From Myxococcota bacterium (lineage in GTDB: Bacteria; Myxococcota_A; UBA796; CAJQPC01), in NCBI GenBank assembly GCA_036012755.1, contig DASCPX010000137.1:64001-128000 (forward strand): a DNA stretch of 64,000 bases, written 5' to 3'. Made by a program: the position numbers and the translations under genes. How positions within the stretch are numbered: position 1 is the stretch's first letter; each line of letters opens with the position of its first letter. The notes under the pieces are model-generated. The model saw only the letters and a list, made by a program, of their open reading frames with translations, had not been told where the DNA came from and made no database searches. This document shows, piece after piece, positions 59,627 through 64,000 of this stretch.

Positions 59627-60850
59627 ATGGTGCTTCTTCTCCTGGCATGTAGCGAAGTGGTCGAGGACGTCGCGACGGGCGACGGCTTCGCCAAGGACAC
59701 GGACATCCGCATGGTGTCGCCAGCGGCTGGCGCGTCCGTCTCCCAGGACTTCATCGTGACCTTCGAAGCCGGAGCGGCTCTGCGTCGGGTCCAGGTCGAA
59801 CTCGACGGAGAGCCCGCCGGTGCGATGTCCGATCCGACCGGCCGGCTCGATGTCAGCGCGGAGCCGGGTCGGCGCCTGTTGAGCCTGGTGGGCTACGACC
59901 GTCAGGGTGCGGAGCTCTCCCGCGACGAGCGCGAGGTGCGCGTGCTGTCCGACGAGGAAGAGGCATCGGGCTGGGTGGCCATCACCACGCCGAGTGACGG
60001 CGCACACCCGGTGAACCCGGTGACCTTCGTCGCCGACGGATCGGGTGGTGTCGCCACGATCGAGTTCCTCGCCGACGACTGGAGCCTTGGAACCACGGCT
60101 CCCGGCGAGGTGCTGACCTACAGCTTCAGCGGCACTGGCTTCGAGCGGGTCATCGTGGCGCGAGGGCTGGACGCGGATGGCGCGGAGCTCGGCGAAGACA
60201 CGATCACCATCACGGTCGAGGACGGCGGCGAGGCAGGACCCACCGACTTCAACGAGCTCCTCGTCGACATGGTCGGGTCCTACCCGATGGACGGGACCTA
60301 CGAGTTCTACTGGCCCAGCGGTGGCGGCTGGTCCGGGGGCACCCAGGACCTCTGGTACCAAGGCGAGCAGATCGGGAGCGATGGAGGCTACTCGGCCTGC
60401 TACTGCTCGGGCATCACCTGGGAGTGGTACATCCGCTCCTTCCAGGAGTGGGCCGCGTACAACGGGGCCGATCCGGAGGATCTCAACGGCGTCGACGAGG
60501 CCGACATCTGGTCGATGCGGCTCGACTGGTACGTGCGGGAGCTCTACGGCCCCGGACCCTCGGTAGCGATGGAGACCTATGGTCTCGGGGTAGAGGTGCC
60601 GAGCTTCGACGACTGGGAACCCGGCGACATCGTGCAGTTCTGGCGGACCAGCGGGAGCGGGCACACGGCTGTCTTCATGGGCTGGATCGAGGACGACGAC
60701 GGCAACCGCGTCGGCATGGAGTACGCCAGCTGCCAAGGCAGCACCGACGGTCTCGGTATCAACGACGAGTACTTCGGCTCACACGCTGGCGCGCTCGACC
60801 CGGCCTTCATGTACGCGGCGCGGGGCTACCTGCCCGGGCTCTGGTACTGA
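59627..60850 (+). CDS. Lipoprotein with Ig-like domains and putative NlpC/P60-like Cys-His catalytic domain
   Basis: MVLLLLAC; two Ig-like units; YCSGITW..GDIVQFW..GHTAVF. Confidence 0.65.
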   Translation: MVLLLLACSEVVEDVATGDGFAKDTDIRMVSPAAGASVSQDFIVTFEAGAALRRVQVELDGEPAGAMSDPTGRLDVSAEPGRRLLSLVGYDRQGAELSRDEREVRVLSDEEEASGWVAITTPSDGAHPVNPVTFVADGSGGVATIEFLADDWSLGTTAPGEVLTYSFSGTGFERVIVARGLDADGAELGEDTITITVEDGGEAGPTDFNELLVDMVGSYPMDGTYEFYWPSGGGWSGGTQDLWYQGEQIGSDGGYSACYCSGITWEWYIRSFQEWAAYNGADPEDLNGVDEADIWSMRLDWYVRELYGPGPSVAMETYGLGVEVPSFDDWEPGDIVQFWRTSGSGHTAVFMGWIEDDDGNRVGMEYASCQGSTDGLGINDEYFGSHAGALDPAFMYAARGYLPGLWY

Positions 60851-60951
60851 CGCCGGGGTCCTGATCCGATCCGCCGCCCCCGACAGGGTGTAGGGGTGCA
60901 GGGCAGAGATTGGGTTGTAGCCGAAGGCGGCGAATCGGGGTCAGGGGCGTC
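60849..60951 (-). ncRNA. Candidate structured RNA hairpin
   Basis: 18-bp contiguous stem with 4 G-U pairs on the minus strand only, plus outer helices and a 37-nt C-rich loop. Confidence 0.4.
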
Positions 60952-61110
60952 GCTGGGGAGGCGGCGTGGCTGGTGGGCTCCAATCGAAGAAGTCCGCGGT
61001 CATGTCGCCTCCCTCGGTGACATCTGGAGCTTCACATCATGATCGGGATGCCGTCAACGCGATACTGCACAAACCGTAGGTCAGATCCGCGTGTCGCGTG
61101 CAGAACTGCT

Positions 61111-61587
61111 CTAGTCGGCGTCGATCTCGAATCGGCCGACGTGATCGAGGCCCGAGTTGTCCACGCCCTCCCAGGTCCCGACCAGGGTGTTGTCCTCGAC
61201 CGTGCCCGTCCAATCCCAGGAGCTGTCGACAGTGAAGATCGTGCCCCCGTCTGTGCTTCCTTCGATGCTCAACGAGAGCGGCTCTCCGCCGCTGTCCCAG
61301 TCGCAGGAGGCCATCCCGGAGAGGCTTCCGGAGTCCTCGATGTCGACGTTGGCCGATCCGCTGCATGAGTCGATCTGCTCGCTGCCATCGTAGAGATCGA
61401 CCATCACCATTCCACCGTAGGTGCCCGCGGTGAGCTCGTCGTTCGCCTCCGAGTCTTCGCCGGTGTCCGAGTCTTCGACGTTCCCCGAGTCGGCATCGGG
61501 CGTCGCGGTGTCGGTGAGCTCCTCGCCCGCTTGACCGCCGAGACCTGGGACTCCGAAGCACGCGAGGCTCAGCAGTGCGAGCGACAT
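61111..61587 (-). CDS. Hypothetical lipoprotein
   Basis: GGAGGAG SD; MSLALLSLAC. Confidence 0.65.
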   Translation of the reverse strand: MSLALLSLACFGVPGLGGQAGEELTDTATPDADSGNVEDSDTGEDSEANDELTAGTYGGMVMVDLYDGSEQIDSCSGSANVDIEDSGSLSGMASCDWDSGGEPLSLSIEGSTDGGTIFTVDSSWDWTGTVEDNTLVGTWEGVDNSGLDHVGRFEIDAD

Positions 61588-61699
61588 CTCTCCTCCAAGA
61601 CTCCAGTTTCGCCTGCTCCCGACGGATCGCAAGTGCGGGACTGCACATACTCTGAGCCGACTTCGCCCGCGGGCGTGCAGAATCGCTAAGCTGTCCCTG

Positions 61700-62668
61700 A
61701 TGAACTTTGAGATCCTTGCTCGAGAGCTGCTCGTGGTGTTGCGGGGCAAGCGCTCCCAGGTCGCCTGGTCCAGGCGGCTCGGGTACAAGAGCAACGTCGC
61801 CTACGCGTGGGAGTCGGGGCGGCGCAGGCCCACGGCAGCCGAGACCCTGAGGGCGGCGCGCAGGTCCGGGGTGGACCTCGACCTGGCGGTGACTCGCTTC
61901 TACGGCAATCCGCCTCCTTGGCTCGACGAGACCGACCCGGCGAGCCCGGCGGCCGTAGCGCGTCTGCTGGAGGATCTGCGAGGGAACACCTCTGTGAGCG
62001 ACCTGGCCCGGCGCGCAGAGCTGTCCCGCTACAGCGTCAGTCGCTGGCTCTCGGGGCAGACCCAGCCGAAGCTGGCGGACTTCCTGCGCCTGGTCGAGGC
62101 GGCATCGCTGCGGACCATCGACCTGGTCGCCGTGCTCGTCGATCCGGAGTCGGTGCCAACGGTAGCTCCCATCTGGAAGCGGCTGGAGGCGCGGCGGCGC
62201 GCGGGCTTCGAGCTCCCCTGGACCCAGGGCGTCCTGCGCGCGCTCGAGCTGGACGCCTACCTCGCGCTGCCAGGGCACGAGCCCGGCTGGATCGCCTCAC
62301 AGCTGGGCATCACCCGACAAGAGGAGGATCGCTGCATCCAGTTCCTTCACGAGACTGGCCAGATCGAGCTGGATCGGCACTTTCGCGAGACCGCCTTCGT
62401 CTACGCCGTCGACACCCGGCGCGATCCGGAGATCGGTCGTCGCATCAAGGAGCACTGGACGCTGGTCGCTACAGAGCGGATCGCCAGCGGGGCCCCCGGG
62501 CAGTTCAGCTACAACGTCTTCACGGTCAGCGAGGCCGACTTCGAGCGGATCCGGCAGATGCACTTGCGCTACTTCCGGGCTCTGAGGGCGGTCGTGGCCG
62601 AGTCCGAGCCTGGCGAGAAGGTCTGCGTGGCGAACGTTCAGCTCTTCACGCTCTCCAGCCACTCCTGA
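61700..62668 (+). CDS. Double XRE-HTH regulator with DUF4423-like C-terminus
   Basis: SQVAWSRRLG..WESGRRRP; VSDLARR..RWLSGQTQP; FSYNVFTVSEADFERI. Confidence 0.7.
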   Translation: MNFEILARELLVVLRGKRSQVAWSRRLGYKSNVAYAWESGRRRPTAAETLRAARRSGVDLDLAVTRFYGNPPPWLDETDPASPAAVARLLEDLRGNTSVSDLARRAELSRYSVSRWLSGQTQPKLADFLRLVEAASLRTIDLVAVLVDPESVPTVAPIWKRLEARRRAGFELPWTQGVLRALELDAYLALPGHEPGWIASQLGITRQEEDRCIQFLHETGQIELDRHFRETAFVYAVDTRRDPEIGRRIKEHWTLVATERIASGAPGQFSYNVFTVSEADFERIRQMHLRYFRALRAVVAESEPGEKVCVANVQLFTLSSHS

Positions 62669-63315
62669 ATGGCCCGCGCAGCCTCTGCCGGCTCTCGTTG
62701 GAGGACGAGGTGGGGGCTGGAGAGCTCGACGACCGTCGTGCTCGGCGCAGCCTTCACCAGGGTGTTCCTCGCGCCCCAGAGGAGCATGTCCCAGCTCGCG
62801 TGCAGGTAGAGCACCGGCACCTCGAGAGCCTGTAGTGCCTCCTTCATGTCGACCTCCAGGACCCGCTCGGCGCGTTGCACCAGCAGCGCTCCGGGGACCT
62901 CGTTGACCTCGCGGATGATCTCCTCCACGAGCTCCGTCTCAGCCGATGGACCCACGAGGAAGCTCCGCACGATCAGGCCGTTGACCCGGTTCCCCAGCAG
63001 GCGCGCCAGGGGCCGCGTCCAGGTCGGGAGAGGCCCCTCCGAGAAGGTCGCCGCGAGGACCAGGCCGACCACTCGGTCTGGCACCGCGGACGCGACGCCG
63101 ATGCCCACCGGACCGCTGAAGGACTCGGCGACGATGACCAGTTCGCCCTCCGGGAGCTGATCCAGGACGAAGGCGATCAGCCGCTCGTAGCTGAGGTCGT
63201 CCAGCGGGTAGGTGACACTCCGGGTCGGAGTCCCGTCGGGCAGCGCTGCGACGAAGTGGGCATAGAGCGCGCCGTTGCCGTGCAGGCCCGGCAGCAAGAG
63301 GTAGGTGGCGCTCAC
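62638..63315 (-). CDS. Alpha/beta hydrolase
   Basis: LLPGLHG, AESFSG nucleophile elbow, SPHLVLQ. Confidence 0.85.
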   Translation of the reverse strand: MSATYLLLPGLHGNGALYAHFVAALPDGTPTRSVTYPLDDLSYERLIAFVLDQLPEGELVIVAESFSGPVGIGVASAVPDRVVGLVLAATFSEGPLPTWTRPLARLLGNRVNGLIVRSFLVGPSAETELVEEIIREVNEVPGALLVQRAERVLEVDMKEALQALEVPVLYLHASWDMLLWGARNTLVKAAPSTTVVELSSPHLVLQREPAEAARAIQEWLESVKS

Positions 63316-63321
63316 GTAGGG

Positions 63322-63858
63322 CTAGAGGATCGCGGATGCCATCAGGACCAGCCACGCTGCCATGGTCAGGCCGGTCTTCACGATGTTGCCCATCAAGGTC
63401 GCCGCGGTGGCCCAGAGCGCTGGCCGGACAGCGTCCTTGGTCGACTTCTTCGCGTCCACGCTGAGCTCACCGATCAGGGCCCCGAGGAAGGTACCCAGCA
63501 AGGCTCCGATGAGCGTGCCGAGGATGGGGATCGGGATCAGGAAGGTCAGGAAGAGCCCGCCCAGCACGCCACCGGCGATGGAGCCGATGGCTGCGCGCCG
63601 CGACCCCCCGCCTTTCTTTACGCCCAGGGCCGCGGCGCCGAGCTCGAGGCCCTCGCCGAGGAGGGCGAGCAGGACTCCGCCGCCGATCGCCCACCAGCCG
63701 AAGGTCACGTGGGTGGTGCTGCCGAAGATCAGCGTGTCGGTGAGCTCCAGGATCAGCGCCAGGCCGAGCATCGCCCAGCCGCCAGGTAAGGAGAAGGCCA
63801 CCGTGCCGACACAGACGAGCCCGACGAGGGCGAAGAGCACGAGGACAGCGACTTCCAC
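63322..63858 (-). CDS. DUF456 family membrane protein
   Basis: LPG, GGSRRAAIGSIAGG, IP..G.LIG..LG.F.GA.IGE. Confidence 0.8.
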   Translation of the reverse strand: MEVAVLVLFALVGLVCVGTVAFSLPGGWAMLGLALILELTDTLIFGSTTHVTFGWWAIGGGVLLALLGEGLELGAAALGVKKGGGSRRAAIGSIAGGVLGGLFLTFLIPIPILGTLIGALLGTFLGALIGELSVDAKKSTKDAVRPALWATAATLMGNIVKTGLTMAAWLVLMASAIL

Positions 63859-63860
63859 CT

Positions 63861-64000
63861 TCAGACCATAGTCGCGGAGCTCAGGCTGTCGAGGAACATC
63901 ACGACGCGGCCCTCCTGCCGCCAGCTGAGGGCGGCGGCGAGGGTCTTCGCCGTGTAGGTGGGCTCCAGGGAGAGCCCATGCTCGCGACCGAGGTCCATGG
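63861..64000 (-). CDS. C-terminus of a PLP-dependent ACC deaminase/D-cysteine desulfhydrase-like protein (partial)
   Basis: Manual translation: HGLSLEPTYTAKTLAAAL..VVMFLDS. Confidence 0.55.
   Translation of the reverse strand, partial: MDLGREHGLSLEPTYTAKTLAAALSWRQEGRVVMFLDSLSSATMV

Noticed and set aside
57773..60850. 987-aa and 769-aa mutually overlapping ORFs
   Set aside because: N-terminal over-extensions; the real starts are 59602 (-) and 59627 (+)
60860..60943. Selenocysteine read-through of the sORF TGA
   Set aside because: The frame stays open but shows no redox motif and no convincing SECIS geometry
60849..60951. SRP RNA, 6S RNA or retron ncRNA
   Set aside because: No SRP GGAA/AGCAG loop motif, short for 6S RNA, and no reverse transcriptase in the window

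Overview
High-GC (roughly 68-70% by eye), very gene-dense bacterial chromosome segment. Gene content suggests a Myxococcota/deltaproteobacterial lineage (inference from MopE-like Asp/Cys repeats, MYXO-CTERM-like tails and zinc-ribbon/GYF/TPR proteins). About 60 genes are supported. Housekeeping genes include radC, gpsA, selB, aroC, typA, glmU, a pcrA/uvrD helicase and a gshB-like gene. There are also many secreted proteins or lipoproteins, signalling proteins, two toxin-antitoxin-like pairs, and a decayed AAA-ATPase/HNH defence-like remnant at about 30.3-31.8 kb. No rRNA, tRNA, CRISPR array or intact transposon was seen. The most striking item is a ClpA/B-type double AAA+ ATPase fused to a near full-length release-factor-2-like module that lacks the SPF loop and has KGQ in place of GGQ. 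Other notable items: a window-wide pattern of probable leaderless genes and ultra-short lipoprotein signal peptides; a G-U-supported minus-strand RNA hairpin at about 60.85-60.95 kb; a HigA-like/nucleotidyltransferase pair; an aldolase with a microcompartment-type tail; and a 38-repeat protein with strictly alternating A/B repeats. All family calls come from motifs recognised by eye, not from database searches.
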